Below are positions 10,815-22,177 of a DNA stretch of 64,000 bases, in pieces. This stretch comes from an uncultured Granulosicoccaceae bacterium. GTDB taxonomy: Bacteria > Pseudomonadota > Gammaproteobacteria > Granulosicoccales > Granulosicoccaceae. The DNA lies in assembly GCA_964649465.1 (NCBI GenBank), contig CAZYRP010000002.1, forward strand, positions 354 to 64,353. The letters are read 5' to 3'. A program made the position numbers and the translations under genes. Positions within the stretch are counted from its first letter, which is position 1; every line of letters begins with the position of its first letter. The notes beneath the pieces are model-generated. The model was not told where the DNA came from. It made no database searches and saw only the letters and a program-made list of their open reading frames with translations.

Positions 10815-11750
10815 GTGGAACTCATACGCGATCTGCACAACCTGCGCGAACAACATCGCGGCTGCGCAGTAACTATCGGTAATTTTGATGGTGTACATAT
10901 AGGCCATCAGCACCTGATTAAAAAGGTTTGCGATCACGCAGACAGTGCCGCATTGCGTGCCAGCGTTGTCAGCTTTGAACCACTACCGGTAGAGTTTTTT
11001 GTGGCAGAAGAAAAGCGTCCGCATCGATTGGCGGGTGTGCGAGAAAAAATAATCCGCCTCGCAGCACATCCACTTGATCAATTGCTGCTGCTGCGGTTCA
11101 ACAGGCAATTGGCAAACTCTACCGCAGACCAGTTTATCAGGCAGGTATTGATCGACGGGTTAAATACCAAATATCTGCTAATTGGCGATGACTTTCACTT
11201 TGGCAAAGACAGACAAGGCACTTTTGCAACACTGCAGACTGCGAGTCAGCAATACGGCTTCGAACTGCAACAAGCAGATACATTGAGCTATGGGAATAGC
11301 CGGGTATCGAGTACCAGAATCCGCAAGCTGCTGATAGACGGCAATCTGCACAGTGCTGCAGAGTTGCTAGGCACCGACTATTCTATTGAAGGTCGGGTTG
11401 AGTTTGGCGCACAACTTGGCCGCACCATAGGATTTCCAACAGCAAATATTCAGCTTAAAAATCACAATCCACCGCTGAGAGGGGTTTTTGCAGTGGCGGT
11501 AACAGGCTACGGAAACAGGATATTGAATGGCATTGCCAACGTCGGGGTCAAACCCACCGTTAAAGGTGTCCGGTTGAGCCTTGAAGTACACGTACTCGAT
11601 TTCGAGGCCGATCTGTATCAACAACGACTGCGAGTGCACTTTTTGCACAAACTCAGGGACGAAAAAAAGTTTGCCGGCCTGGATGATTTAAAAGCCGCTA
11701 TTGCAACCGATGAACAAAACGCCCGACAATGGTTCGAAAGTGCAACCTAG
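10815..11750 (+). CDS. ribF: Bifunctional riboflavin kinase / FMN adenylyltransferase
   Basis: (GTG)ELIRDLHNLREQHRGCAVTIGNFDGVHIGH aligns to the E. coli RibF N-terminus. C-terminal kinase motif GFPTANI. Confidence 0.92.
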   Translation: MELIRDLHNLREQHRGCAVTIGNFDGVHIGHQHLIKKVCDHADSAALRASVVSFEPLPVEFFVAEEKRPHRLAGVREKIIRLAAHPLDQLLLLRFNRQLANSTADQFIRQVLIDGLNTKYLLIGDDFHFGKDRQGTFATLQTASQQYGFELQQADTLSYGNSRVSSTRIRKLLIDGNLHSAAELLGTDYSIEGRVEFGAQLGRTIGFPTANIQLKNHNPPLRGVFAVAVTGYGNRILNGIANVGVKPTVKGVRLSLEVHVLDFEADLYQQRLRVHFLHKLRDEKKFAGLDDLKAAIATDEQNARQWFESAT

Positions 11751-11811
11751 TTTTCGCACAAACCATTATAAAGTTACCAGTTAACCCAGTACTGACAAAC
11801 AGAGACTCCCG

Positions 11812-14637
11812 GTGAGTAATTACAAACACACGCTGAACCTGCCAAAAACCGATTTCCCGATGCGTGGCAATCTGGCTCGACGAGAACCCGAAATGCTCGC
11901 TCGCTGGGAAGAGCTGGACATTTACAAGAAAATTCGTCAGGCCTCAGCTAATCGCGACAAGCAATTTGTATTACACGATGGCCCTCCCTATGCGAACGGC
12001 GACATTCACATTGGCCATGCGGTAAACAAAGTGATCAAGGACATGATCATTAAAAGCAAGCAGCTTGACGGTTGCGATTCTCCTTACATTCCCGGCTGGG
12101 ACTGCCATGGTCTGCCAATTGAAAATAAAGTTGAATCCGAAATAGGCAAGCCGGGTGAAGATGTTGACGAGGCGACCTTCAGAGCACGTTGCCGTGAATA
12201 TGCAACCCAGCAGATTGACGGCCAGCGGCAGGATTTCAAGCGCCTCGGTATCTTCGGTGAATGGGATAAGCCCTATCTGACAATGGCTTTCGAAAACGAA
12301 GCAGGCATAGTCAGATCACTTGGCCAGATGATCGAAAAAGGCCACGTCTATAAAGGCACTAAGCCCGTTTACTGGAGCGTAGGCGCACGCTCGGCACTGG
12401 CAGAAGCAGAAGTTGAATACAAAGACAAAAAGTCTACATCGATTGATGTCAGATTCAGTGCAGTCGATAACGACGCATTACACAAAGCATGCAACAGCGA
12501 CCGCACAGAGCTGCCACTGTCTGTTGTGATCTGGACAACTACCCCATGGACCATACCGGGCAATCTGGCTGTAGCCCTTAGCCCCGAACTTGAATATTCG
12601 GTTGTTGAGTGTGATTTGGGCAATGGTGCTGAGTGTGTTGTGCTGGCGTGCGAGCTGGTTGACGAATGCATGAAGCGCTACAGCTGCGAAGACTACAAAA
12701 CAATTTCGGTATTTAATGGCGATGCACTGGAGAAAATACAACTGCAGCATCCTTTTTACGACCGAACTTCACTGGTGGTACTGGGTGACTATGTCACAAC
12801 TGAAGCTGGCACAGGTGCTGTACACACCGCACCAGACCACGGGGTTGATGATTTCATTACCGGAAAAAAATATGACCTCGGCCTGCTGAACAATGTCAGC
12901 GCCACAGGTGTCTATGAATCTTATGTTGAAAAATTTGCTGGCGAACATGTCTACAAAGTAGAAAAGCATATTCTTGAAGAGCTAAGCAATGCAAAGAAGT
13001 TAGTGTTGAGTGAATCTTTCGAGCACAGCTATCCACACTGCTGGCGTACGGGAACACCGATCATATTCAGGGCAACACCTCAATGGTTTGTCAGTATGGA
13101 AAAAGAAAACCTCCGACGCGATGCACTGGCGGCTATCAAGACAGTTCGCTGGGTACCGGAGTGGGGTGAAGCCCGTATCGACAGCATGATCGAAAAACGC
13201 CCTGACTGGTGTATCTCGCGACAACGCTACTGGGGTGTTCCTATCACGCTCTTTATTCACAAAGAAACCGGTGAACTTCATCCAGACACTTTGGCGTTAC
13301 TCGAACAGGCAGCTCAGCACATAGAAAAAGGTGGCATACAAGCCTGGTTTGATCTGGGCATAGAAGACTTCATAAAAGAGAATGCAGATCAGTATGAAAA
13401 ATCGACTGATGTTCTGGACGTCTGGTTTGATTCCGGCACAACCTACTCGCATGTACTGCAAAAGCGTGATCAGCCTTACCCTGCAGATATGTATCTGGAA
13501 GGTTCAGACCAGCATAGAGGCTGGTTCCACTCGTCACTACTGACAAGTACTTCTATCAACGGTATCGCGCCTTACAAACAAGTACTGACGCATGGCTTCA
13601 CCGTGGATGCCAAAGGTCGCAAGATGTCAAAGTCGGTAGGTAACGTCATCGCACCACAAAAAGTGATGAAAACTCTTGGTGCCGATATCATTCGCCTGTG
13701 GGTATGTTCTGCTGACTATCGTGGAGAGATGAGTGTATCGGATGAAATCCTTAATCGGATGTCTGACTCCTACAGGCGCATCAGGAACACCATCAGGTTT
13801 TTACTGGCAAATACCAACGGCTTTGATCCGGCGACAGATCTGATAGCCATTGAAGATATGCTGGCACTCGATCAATGGGCAATAGATCGCACCCTGGCGC
13901 TGCAAAACGATATTCATGCAGCATTTGAGGACTATCAGTTTCATACTGTCTATCAACGGCTACATAATTTTTGCACAACCGAGTTGGGCGGCTTCTATCT
14001 GGACATCGTAAAAGACAGACAGTACACCACCAAAGCCGACAGCCATGCACGTCGCTCAGCACAATCGGCGATGTACCATATTGCAGAGGCGATGACGCGC
14101 TGGATAGCACCGGTATTGTCATTTACTGCAGAGGAAATCTGGCAGCACCTGCCCGGTGAACACGGTGACACTGTTTTCACCGAAACGTATTACGAACTAT
14201 TACAGCCACTGAACAGCGATGCGTTATACAACATCGATGAATGGGATCAAATTGTGGCTATACGAATTGCCGTCGCACGTGCTCTGGAAAAACTACGCGT
14301 CGACAGTTTGATTGGTGGTTCACTCGATGCCAGTGTGGCCCTGTACTGTGACGAGAACATACATTCTCTGTTAAGCAGACTTGATGATGAACTGCGATTT
14401 CTGCTTATTACTTCAGATGCAACTGTTCATGATCTGTCAGCTAAAACACCAGACGCCGGGAAGGCCGAGCTTGAAACCGGCGAACTCTGGATTTCGGCCA
14501 CCGCATCCGAAGCTCCAAAGTGCGGACGCTGCTGGCACCACAGATCAGACGTCGGCGCTGATGCCAGTCACCCTGAACTCTGTGCCCGTTGTGTGCAGAA
14601 TGTGGAAGGTAATGGCGAACCGCGCCGCTTTACTTAA
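11812..14637 (+). CDS. ileS: Isoleucine--tRNA ligase
   Basis: HIGH motif ([12 protein letters not shown]), KMSKS motif (KMSKSVGN) and a C-terminal zinc finger CGRCWHH...CARC. 941 aa. Confidence 0.97.
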   Translation: MSNYKHTLNLPKTDFPMRGNLARREPEMLARWEELDIYKKIRQASANRDKQFVLHDGPPYANGDIHIGHAVNKVIKDMIIKSKQLDGCDSPYIPGWDCHGLPIENKVESEIGKPGEDVDEATFRARCREYATQQIDGQRQDFKRLGIFGEWDKPYLTMAFENEAGIVRSLGQMIEKGHVYKGTKPVYWSVGARSALAEAEVEYKDKKSTSIDVRFSAVDNDALHKACNSDRTELPLSVVIWTTTPWTIPGNLAVALSPELEYSVVECDLGNGAECVVLACELVDECMKRYSCEDYKTISVFNGDALEKIQLQHPFYDRTSLVVLGDYVTTEAGTGAVHTAPDHGVDDFITGKKYDLGLLNNVSATGVYESYVEKFAGEHVYKVEKHILEELSNAKKLVLSESFEHSYPHCWRTGTPIIFRATPQWFVSMEKENLRRDALAAIKTVRWVPEWGEARIDSMIEKRPDWCISRQRYWGVPITLFIHKETGELHPDTLALLEQAAQHIEKGGIQAWFDLGIEDFIKENADQYEKSTDVLDVWFDSGTTYSHVLQKRDQPYPADMYLEGSDQHRGWFHSSLLTSTSINGIAPYKQVLTHGFTVDAKGRKMSKSVGNVIAPQKVMKTLGADIIRLWVCSADYRGEMSVSDEILNRMSDSYRRIRNTIRFLLANTNGFDPATDLIAIEDMLALDQWAIDRTLALQNDIHAAFEDYQFHTVYQRLHNFCTTELGGFYLDIVKDRQYTTKADSHARRSAQSAMYHIAEAMTRWIAPVLSFTAEEIWQHLPGEHGDTVFTETYYELLQPLNSDALYNIDEWDQIVAIRIAVARALEKLRVDSLIGGSLDASVALYCDENIHSLLSRLDDELRFLLITSDATVHDLSAKTPDAGKAELETGELWISATASEAPKCGRCWHHRSDVGADASHPELCARCVQNVEGNGEPRRFT

Positions 14638-14673
14638 CGAAGTAACTCTCAATAACACGGCAAAAACAACGGC

Positions 14674-15183
14674 ATGAAAAAGATATATTTTGGCATCGCG
14701 ATAATTGCGATCGCGCTTGATCAAATCACCAAGATCACGGCCAACACCCAACTCGCAATGCATGAACAGAACCCGGTGATGCCGTTCTTCAACTTCACAC
14801 TGATGTACAACTACGGTGCCGCTTTCAGTTTCCTGAGCGATGCAGGCGGCTGGCAACGATGGTTCTTTACCGCCGTGGCCATCATAATTAGTATTGTTCT
14901 GGTTGTCTGGCTGTGTCGCTTGAAAGCCCATGAAAAGTGGCTGGGCTTCGGATTAGCGCTTGTACTGGGTGGTGCTATCGGTAACGTCATTGACCGTATC
15001 AGACTGGGCTACGTAATAGACTTTATTCAATGGTTCGCAAACTGGAATGGCAACACCTACTACTGGCCTGCTTTTAATATCGCGGATGCGGCTATTTTTA
15101 CCGGCACTGCACTGATTATACTGAGTTCGTTTTTTATTGAAGACGAGCCTGATGAAAAAAACTCAACTGCTGCTACCAGTTAA
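14674..15183 (+). CDS. lspA: Lipoprotein signal peptidase (signal peptidase II)
   Basis: Four-TM protein with NYGAAFSFL and [10 protein letters not shown]...FNIAD motifs. Conserved ileS-lspA order. Confidence 0.92.
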   Translation: MKKIYFGIAIIAIALDQITKITANTQLAMHEQNPVMPFFNFTLMYNYGAAFSFLSDAGGWQRWFFTAVAIIISIVLVVWLCRLKAHEKWLGFGLALVLGGAIGNVIDRIRLGYVIDFIQWFANWNGNTYYWPAFNIADAAIFTGTALIILSSFFIEDEPDEKNSTAATS

Positions 15184-15209
15184 AACGTACAACACCAGGG
15201 CTTAATGTT

Positions 15210-16169
15210 ATGGAAATTTTAATGGCTAACCCGAGAGGGTTTTGTGCAGGCGTTGATCGTGCAATTGAAATAGTTGATCGTGCTCTGGAGTTGTTCGGTG
15301 CACCAATATATGTCCGTCACGAAGTGGTTCATAACAAACATGTGGTAGACGGTTTGCGCGACAAAGGCGCAATCTTTGTTGATGAGTTACATGAAGTGCC
15401 AGACGACAGCACTGTTATTTTTTCAGCACATGGAGTATCACGCGCTGTAGAAGATGAGGCCGAGTCCCGCCAGCTACAAGTTTTCGACGCCACCTGCCCG
15501 TTGGTAACAAAGGTTCATATTGAAGTGGTTAAATATGCAAAGGAAGGCCGGGAGGTAATACTGATTGGACATGCGGGGCATCCGGAAGTCGAGGGGACCA
15601 TGGGCCGATACGACACTCAGTGGGGTGGGCGTATTCTGTTGATTGAAAATCCTCAGGATGTTGAAACACTGGAAGTTGCCGATCCGGCTCAACTGGCTTT
15701 TGTGTCACAGACCACATTATCGGTAGATGATACCCACGACATAATAGAAAAGCTCAAAGAACGCTTTCCGACAATTGCAGCACCACGCAAAGACGATATC
15801 TGTTACGCCACCCAGAATCGTCAGGATGCGGTAAAAGTCCTGTGTCAGACTGCCGATGTTCTGTTGGTGGTTGGTGCGGAAAACAGTTCCAATTCCAACA
15901 GACTACGCGAGCTCGGAGAACGAGCCGATATACCGTCCTATCTGATCAATGATGCATCATCAATAAATCCGGAGTGGATCAAAAACCGGAAGAAGATTGG
16001 TGTGACAGCAGGTGCTTCAGCACCGGAAGAACTGGTGCAGCCCGTGATTGAGTACCTTAAAACGCTTGGTGCAACCTGTGTGAATGAAGTATCCGGGCCG
16101 CTTGAGACAGTTGCTTTCAGTATTCCAAAACCCTTGCGCCGTATCGATAACCCGGCCCGCAACATCTGA
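15210..16169 (+). CDS. ispH: 4-hydroxy-3-methylbut-2-enyl diphosphate reductase
   Basis: [19 protein letters not shown] aligns to the E. coli IspH N-terminus. The conserved Cys residues (CAGV, ATCPLV, ICYAT) are present. Confidence 0.95.
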   Translation: MEILMANPRGFCAGVDRAIEIVDRALELFGAPIYVRHEVVHNKHVVDGLRDKGAIFVDELHEVPDDSTVIFSAHGVSRAVEDEAESRQLQVFDATCPLVTKVHIEVVKYAKEGREVILIGHAGHPEVEGTMGRYDTQWGGRILLIENPQDVETLEVADPAQLAFVSQTTLSVDDTHDIIEKLKERFPTIAAPRKDDICYATQNRQDAVKVLCQTADVLLVVGAENSSNSNRLRELGERADIPSYLINDASSINPEWIKNRKKIGVTAGASAPEELVQPVIEYLKTLGATCVNEVSGPLETVAFSIPKPLRRIDNPARNI

Positions 16170-16378
16170 CAGTCGTCAAAACTATCCACCGCACAGAATC
16201 ATCGCTAATGTGCGGGATAAGAATTACGGCCACATGACCATCAGTCATTTCCAGCTTGTTTTTGGCAGGTCTGTTATCGAATGTGCCGAATTCAAAGGAT
16301 GCACAACAAATCCCTAAACCTTCACAATCAGCCGCCGATGGAGTCCCAAAGCATCAATAAAAACAATGGGCGTAGACC

Positions 16379-17659
16379 GTGTTCAATTTCGACTCCAAAT
16401 CATCAGCTGTAGCCGACCACGCAGGTAATGACCTCAGCGAGCTGCTTTCTCTCGCCAGTCGTCTGACTCCTATTTCGGACCTAAATGAAGCTAACAGGCT
16501 AACGATCTGCAAATCTGCAACGATGGTTAGTGTCAACCGCTCTACTGCACTGGCTGCTAACAAAGAACACCGCTGGTTCACCTACATCTATGAAGGCCAG
16601 GTGGAAGTGCGCAATGCCAAGGACAAAGAAGACCTTGATGTGGTTGACGCAAACACCAGTCGCGCTAATCAGCCTGTTTTAAAAGAATTTACCCAACACC
16701 ATTCAATCGCTTCAAAAACAACAGCAACACTGGTGAGATTCGGACAAGAGCTTTTCGACATTTTGCTTGCCGAGCAACAAAAAAATGCCACTAAAGCGCA
16801 CGATGTACGAGTCTATGAAAACGACAACGTCGTGTTCGACAGTATTGTCGAAGCGTTCGACCAGCGTTCAGTCAAACTCAGCTGTCAGGGCGAAGTAGGT
16901 AAAAAGATCGCAGCGATCGTAAACCAAAGTTCAATGGGTATACCTGAACTATCACTGGCACTGGCTGCAGACCCTGCATTGACAGCCCACACTATGCATG
17001 AGGCGAACAAGCTAACAGCCGGTGAAACAACTCAAACTATGCGTGGTGCGATCACCCGTCTTGGTGTTGAGAGTGTGAAACAGCTGGCGGTTAAAATTCC
17101 GGCAGATCAACAGTGGCAGGCAGCAAACCCCGCCATCGAGCAGCACATGGCCAACTATCAGCGCCGCGCCGCATTGACTGCAGCCATCTGTAAGGTATTC
17201 GCAAAATCAGTTCCTCACCTGACAGACGAACGCGCTCATCTGATTGGCCGAATGGCGGATATTGGTGAGCTCGTGGTCATTGATCATGCCAATGAAAACC
17301 CGGAAGTATTCAATGATGCTGAGTCACTGGCAGAGTCATCACGCAACCTTCGAGTCGCAGTAGGCAGCTGGTTACTAGGCGCCTGGGGCTTCAACGAAAA
17401 CTTCATAGAAGCTGCCGAGTCTGCACGTGATTTTTATCGCAACCATACTGGTGATATCACCTATGCCGATCTGGTCACAGCGGCGCTGCTAACCATTGAA
17501 AGCGAGCTGCCGGAAGGCGAGAACAAATCTGTGCCAAGCGTCGTCAACCTGCTCTTGCCACGCAAGCTGCAACAGGCTGGCATCGATCTGCAGAATCCTC
17601 AGCTAATCCTCGAGCAGGCTGCAGCGGAATTGGTTGAATTGCAGAAAATCCTGCAATAA
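16379..17659 (+). CDS. HDOD-domain signalling protein with an N-terminal beta-roll (cNMP-binding-like) region
   Basis: The C-terminal ~270 aa resemble HDOD (GVESVKQLAV..., RRAALTAAICKVFA..., ADIGELVVI, WGFNENF). GTG start. The assignment rests on motif resemblance only. Confidence 0.5.
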   Translation: MFNFDSKSSAVADHAGNDLSELLSLASRLTPISDLNEANRLTICKSATMVSVNRSTALAANKEHRWFTYIYEGQVEVRNAKDKEDLDVVDANTSRANQPVLKEFTQHHSIASKTTATLVRFGQELFDILLAEQQKNATKAHDVRVYENDNVVFDSIVEAFDQRSVKLSCQGEVGKKIAAIVNQSSMGIPELSLALAADPALTAHTMHEANKLTAGETTQTMRGAITRLGVESVKQLAVKIPADQQWQAANPAIEQHMANYQRRAALTAAICKVFAKSVPHLTDERAHLIGRMADIGELVVIDHANENPEVFNDAESLAESSRNLRVAVGSWLLGAWGFNENFIEAAESARDFYRNHTGDITYADLVTAALLTIESELPEGENKSVPSVVNLLLPRKLQQAGIDLQNPQLILEQAAAELVELQKILQ

Positions 17660-17991
17660 GCAAAATTATAGTAGCGGGCAACCCTTAATATCGATTAGCT
17701 ATGAGGGTTGCTCCCACCAGCTTTTCAGCAACTGCTATGTTCGAACTCCGCTGAATATAGAGAAGTACTCCAGCGCTTTAGTCTGCCGAACACGAACACT
17801 TCCGATCTGTCCCACGCTACATAAGCGATAGTTCGAACAAACGTCTGACCCTTCATTTCACCCATCCCCTTGCCGTCAGGCACAATAAACAGCTCCGGGT
17901 TCGTGATAAACTCCGGTGGTTATCTGTAGACATGACAACCATCAATTCGCGCCAGCAATAGCGTGCTGTTTACGCCGCCGGAGGTAAACCA

Positions 17992-18459
17992 GTGCATATC
18001 ACACGGCTCAGCCGGTTTTGTTTTCTAATCCTCTTTCTGAGCCTGTCAGCCTGTGCTTCCCTGGCCACCAAGCCGGTGAAGCCGATTATCAAGCTGATCA
18101 GTGTCAAACCACTGAATATCAGTGCGACCGAACAGAAGCTGCGCTTTGAGCTTAACGTAATCAACCCGAATGCGTTTGATATGCCGGTAGAGTCCGTAGA
18201 CTTTGTCGCTCGATTCAACAACACCAATATCGCTAATGGCAAAAGTAATCAATCGGTTATCATCGGCGCTAATAGCGAGGCTCGACTATCACTGGATGTC
18301 ACTGCCAGCCTTGACAGACTGACCAGCTCACTTGGCAAGCTGATAAGCGGGAAATCCCTCAATCTTGAATATGAGCTGACCGGTACCGTTAAGGTTGCCA
18401 CCTGGCCTAAGCCGATCCCGTTTGATGTAACTGGTGCAATGGATTTAGAAGACAGTTAG
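17992..18459 (+). CDS. LEA type 2 / WHy-domain lipoprotein
   Basis: Lipobox LSLSAC. LRFELNVINPNAFDMPVESVDFVARFNNTNIANG...ARLSLDV is typical of the LEA_2 family. Confidence 0.65.
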   Translation: MHITRLSRFCFLILFLSLSACASLATKPVKPIIKLISVKPLNISATEQKLRFELNVINPNAFDMPVESVDFVARFNNTNIANGKSNQSVIIGANSEARLSLDVTASLDRLTSSLGKLISGKSLNLEYELTGTVKVATWPKPIPFDVTGAMDLEDS

Positions 18460-18611
18460 CAGGTAGACTTCAGTAGTGGTGGCGTGAACAATTGAACCAG
18501 GGAGCCGGGTGTCACCCGCCACCGATACAAATTTATGCCACGGGCGCATTGCAGCAGGCAAACACAGTCCGCACGAACAGTTGGTTCACTATAAATAATA
18601 ATGGATAGATA

Positions 18612-19445
18612 ATGCAGATTAACCTGCCTTCACTGTTTTTGCTAAAAAAACTCTCTGACAAAAAACGAGAGGACAATCGCTCTGCGATAGCTAAAAATCA
18701 ACAATCAACATCATCTCAAAAAAAAAGCCGTAGAGAAAAATTTAGCGACTGGCTTTCACCAAAGCCTGCAGCAATCCAGTCATACCCCGGCGAAAAAGAA
18801 ATATTTCGCAAAGGTCTGGTACTGGTTACAGACAAAAGGCTAGCCTATATTGATCCGTTTGATCTCATGCTGAAGACTTACATGTTTGAGCACATGGTCA
18901 GCCTGCACAAACAGTTCTACCGCACCTCTGTTTTTAATCGTCGATTATGTAAGTCACTGCTGTTTATCAGTCTGCTGGTTTTTTTAGTCATCGTCACAAT
19001 CGATCTGCTGGACAGTAAATCCAGTGGTTTTTTTCTTGTATACCTGCCGTTAATCGCCAGCATTCTGCTAGGCATTAAAGTCTGGAGCGACATGAAGCCC
19101 TGGTACGCTATTCATTGGAGAATGAGTGACCACACCTATGGTGAGATCGTACAGGAACCCTGGTTTAGCGAGCGCGTGAAAGGTGACAACAAGCGTGAAG
19201 AGTTTATGAATGAGCTTGCCAGCGCAATGAATCAGGCTCTATCTGCAAAAGCATGGTGGTCGGGGAATGACGCGGCAAGAGAGTTCCCCGCTGATTACCG
19301 CCATCCGGGGAACGACAATGGGACAGAAAATACTTCAGGACCGAACCCGGGTCCAGACTCAGACCCAAACTCCGGCTCAGCCATACCTGACAACCAGTCC
19401 TCTATGAAGCCACCCTTACAGTTGGTGACGGATAGCTACCAGTAG
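18612..19445 (+). CDS. Hypothetical membrane protein (basic N-terminus, two TM segments, Pro/Asn/Asp-rich tail)
   Basis: Long ORF with TM segments LLFISLLVFLVIVTIDLL and FFLVYLPLIASILLGIKVW. I recognise no family. Confidence 0.45.
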   Translation: MQINLPSLFLLKKLSDKKREDNRSAIAKNQQSTSSQKKSRREKFSDWLSPKPAAIQSYPGEKEIFRKGLVLVTDKRLAYIDPFDLMLKTYMFEHMVSLHKQFYRTSVFNRRLCKSLLFISLLVFLVIVTIDLLDSKSSGFFLVYLPLIASILLGIKVWSDMKPWYAIHWRMSDHTYGEIVQEPWFSERVKGDNKREEFMNELASAMNQALSAKAWWSGNDAAREFPADYRHPGNDNGTENTSGPNPGPDSDPNSGSAIPDNQSSMKPPLQLVTDSYQ

Positions 19446-19451
19446 TACCGT

Positions 19452-20231
19452 TTATATTTTGATATCGAAGTCGTAGTTGATGCACAACGGCGCATGATCT
19501 GAAAAACGATTTTTCCGATAGACCGATGTTTTTTTCACGCAATCGCGCAGTCCCGGCGTTGTAATCTGGTAGTCGATTCTCCACCCGGTGTTATTTGCGT
19601 AAGCCTGACCGCGATTAGACCACCACGTGTATTCGTGCTCTTTTTGCGGTTGAGTACGAAACGCATCCACGTATCCATATTTGTCGAACAGCTCAGTCAG
19701 CCATTCTCTCTCTTCAGGTAAGAAGCCGGAATTTTTCTGATTGCCACGCCAGTTGCGGATATCGGCGTTTGTATGGGCAATGTTCCAGTCTCCACAGATT
19801 ATATATTGGCGTTTTCTTTTTTTTAGCTTGAGCAGATGCGGCAGCATGATGCCCATCATTCGAATCTTGAATTCCTGGCGCACATCTCCGGAGGAGCCGG
19901 AAGGCATGTAAAGCGACACGACAGACAAGTTGTCAAAGCACACTTCCAGGTATCGGCCTTCGCGATCTATCAGCTCATCTCCAATACCGTGTATCACGCG
20001 CTTTGGTTCGAGCTTGCTGTAAACCCCGACACCACTGTAACCAGGTTTCTCAGCATCGTGTAAAAAGCGGTGATATCCGCGCGGGTTGAAAACTTCATCA
20101 CCCAGCTGATGCTGCTGGGCCTTGGTCTCCTGCAGACAGATCACATCTGCTCGCTGGCTTTTCATCCAGTCAAAAAAGCCTTTTTTGGCGGCAGAACGTA
20201 CGCCATTGCAGTTGAGTGTGATTATTTTCAT
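19452..20231 (-). CDS. xthA: Exodeoxyribonuclease III
   Basis: MKIITLNCNGVRSA...ADVICLQETK...GDWNIAH...SDHAPL are EEP-family AP endonuclease motifs. The ATG at 20231 is preferred over the upstream ORF start. Confidence 0.9.
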   Translation of the reverse strand: MKIITLNCNGVRSAAKKGFFDWMKSQRADVICLQETKAQQHQLGDEVFNPRGYHRFLHDAEKPGYSGVGVYSKLEPKRVIHGIGDELIDREGRYLEVCFDNLSVVSLYMPSGSSGDVRQEFKIRMMGIMLPHLLKLKKRKRQYIICGDWNIAHTNADIRNWRGNQKNSGFLPEEREWLTELFDKYGYVDAFRTQPQKEHEYTWWSNRGQAYANNTGWRIDYQITTPGLRDCVKKTSVYRKNRFSDHAPLCINYDFDIKI

Positions 20232-20542
20232 AGTGATTCCTTTTCCATCCGCGCATATTCGCACAACCAGCAGCAATATTTTTAAAACAATAAGTTCACG
20301 TGGAGACAGTGCGACTGCATTACAAAACACAAACAAAGACAGCTTTCTTATCTACCGCTCAACTATTTTTCTCACCAGCCGCTATAAATCAGACATGCCG
20401 AATGAAAGCACCAAATGCAGCATTCGGCATTGCCAAACAACGAACTAAGCCAATTCTTAACGAAAACCGGGTCTTCGAAGTGAAGAAGTCACAAATTCAA
20501 CAAGCCGCAGTCAGCGGTCAGGCTAGACCTCAGAAGTCAGCA

Positions 20543-21160
20543 ATGAATCACTGGGTTTCCCGTGGTGTGGCAACTATTGCCGTGGTCACCGGTCTGGCAA
20601 TAATCGCTACTCCGGCTAACGCACGCTGGTACAAGTGGGTCGACGAAGACGGCAATATCTCATACCAGGATCGCCCACCTCCGACCAGCTTCGAACAGTC
20701 CACCCAGGTGCTTAGCGAACAAGGGGTGACACTGCAAACCATTCCCAGTCAACAGGAGCAGATAGAGCTGGATCGTCAGGCACGGATCGACAGAGAGAGA
20801 AAGCAGCGCGACGAAGCGCTCCTTAAGGCGTTCCCTCATGAGTCTGATTTGATCACCACTCGTGATAAGCGGGTTATTCATATAGACGGCTCTATCTCCA
20901 GAATGCACGATCAGCTGGTCATTCTGAATACCCGGTTGATTTCAATCGAAGGAAGAATTGAGCAGCGACTGGAACGTGACCTGGCGCCAAGTACTGCACT
21001 CGACTCTGATCGCATTGCGGTATTGCGAAGTATCGACAGCACAAACGCACTGATCAAATCAAAGCTAAGAGAAAGAAGACAGATCATGGCTCAGTTCGAT
21101 CGCGATCTGCTGCGCTATCGCGAACTTCGACTGAATACTACTACCGCCTATAGCGACTAA
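20543..21160 (+). CDS. DUF4124-domain periplasmic protein with a coiled-coil C-terminus
   Basis: Signal peptide MNHWVSRGVATIAVVTGLAIIATPANA followed by RWYKWVDEDGNISYQDRPP, the DUF4124 signature. Confidence 0.65.
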   Translation: MNHWVSRGVATIAVVTGLAIIATPANARWYKWVDEDGNISYQDRPPPTSFEQSTQVLSEQGVTLQTIPSQQEQIELDRQARIDRERKQRDEALLKAFPHESDLITTRDKRVIHIDGSISRMHDQLVILNTRLISIEGRIEQRLERDLAPSTALDSDRIAVLRSIDSTNALIKSKLRERRQIMAQFDRDLLRYRELRLNTTTAYSD

Positions 21161-21168
21161 GGAAACGT

Positions 21169-21201
21169 CGACTAAGCGATTAATTATGCTTAGTCGTTTT
21201 T
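21169..21201 (+). terminator. Rho-independent terminator after the DUF4124 gene
   Basis: Perfect 9-bp stem cgactaagc/gcttagtcg with a 10-nt loop, followed by ttttt. Confidence 0.65.
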
Positions 21202-21226
21202 CAAAGTAGCAAACCTCTCCAGCCCG

Positions 21227-22177
<951 letters not shown>

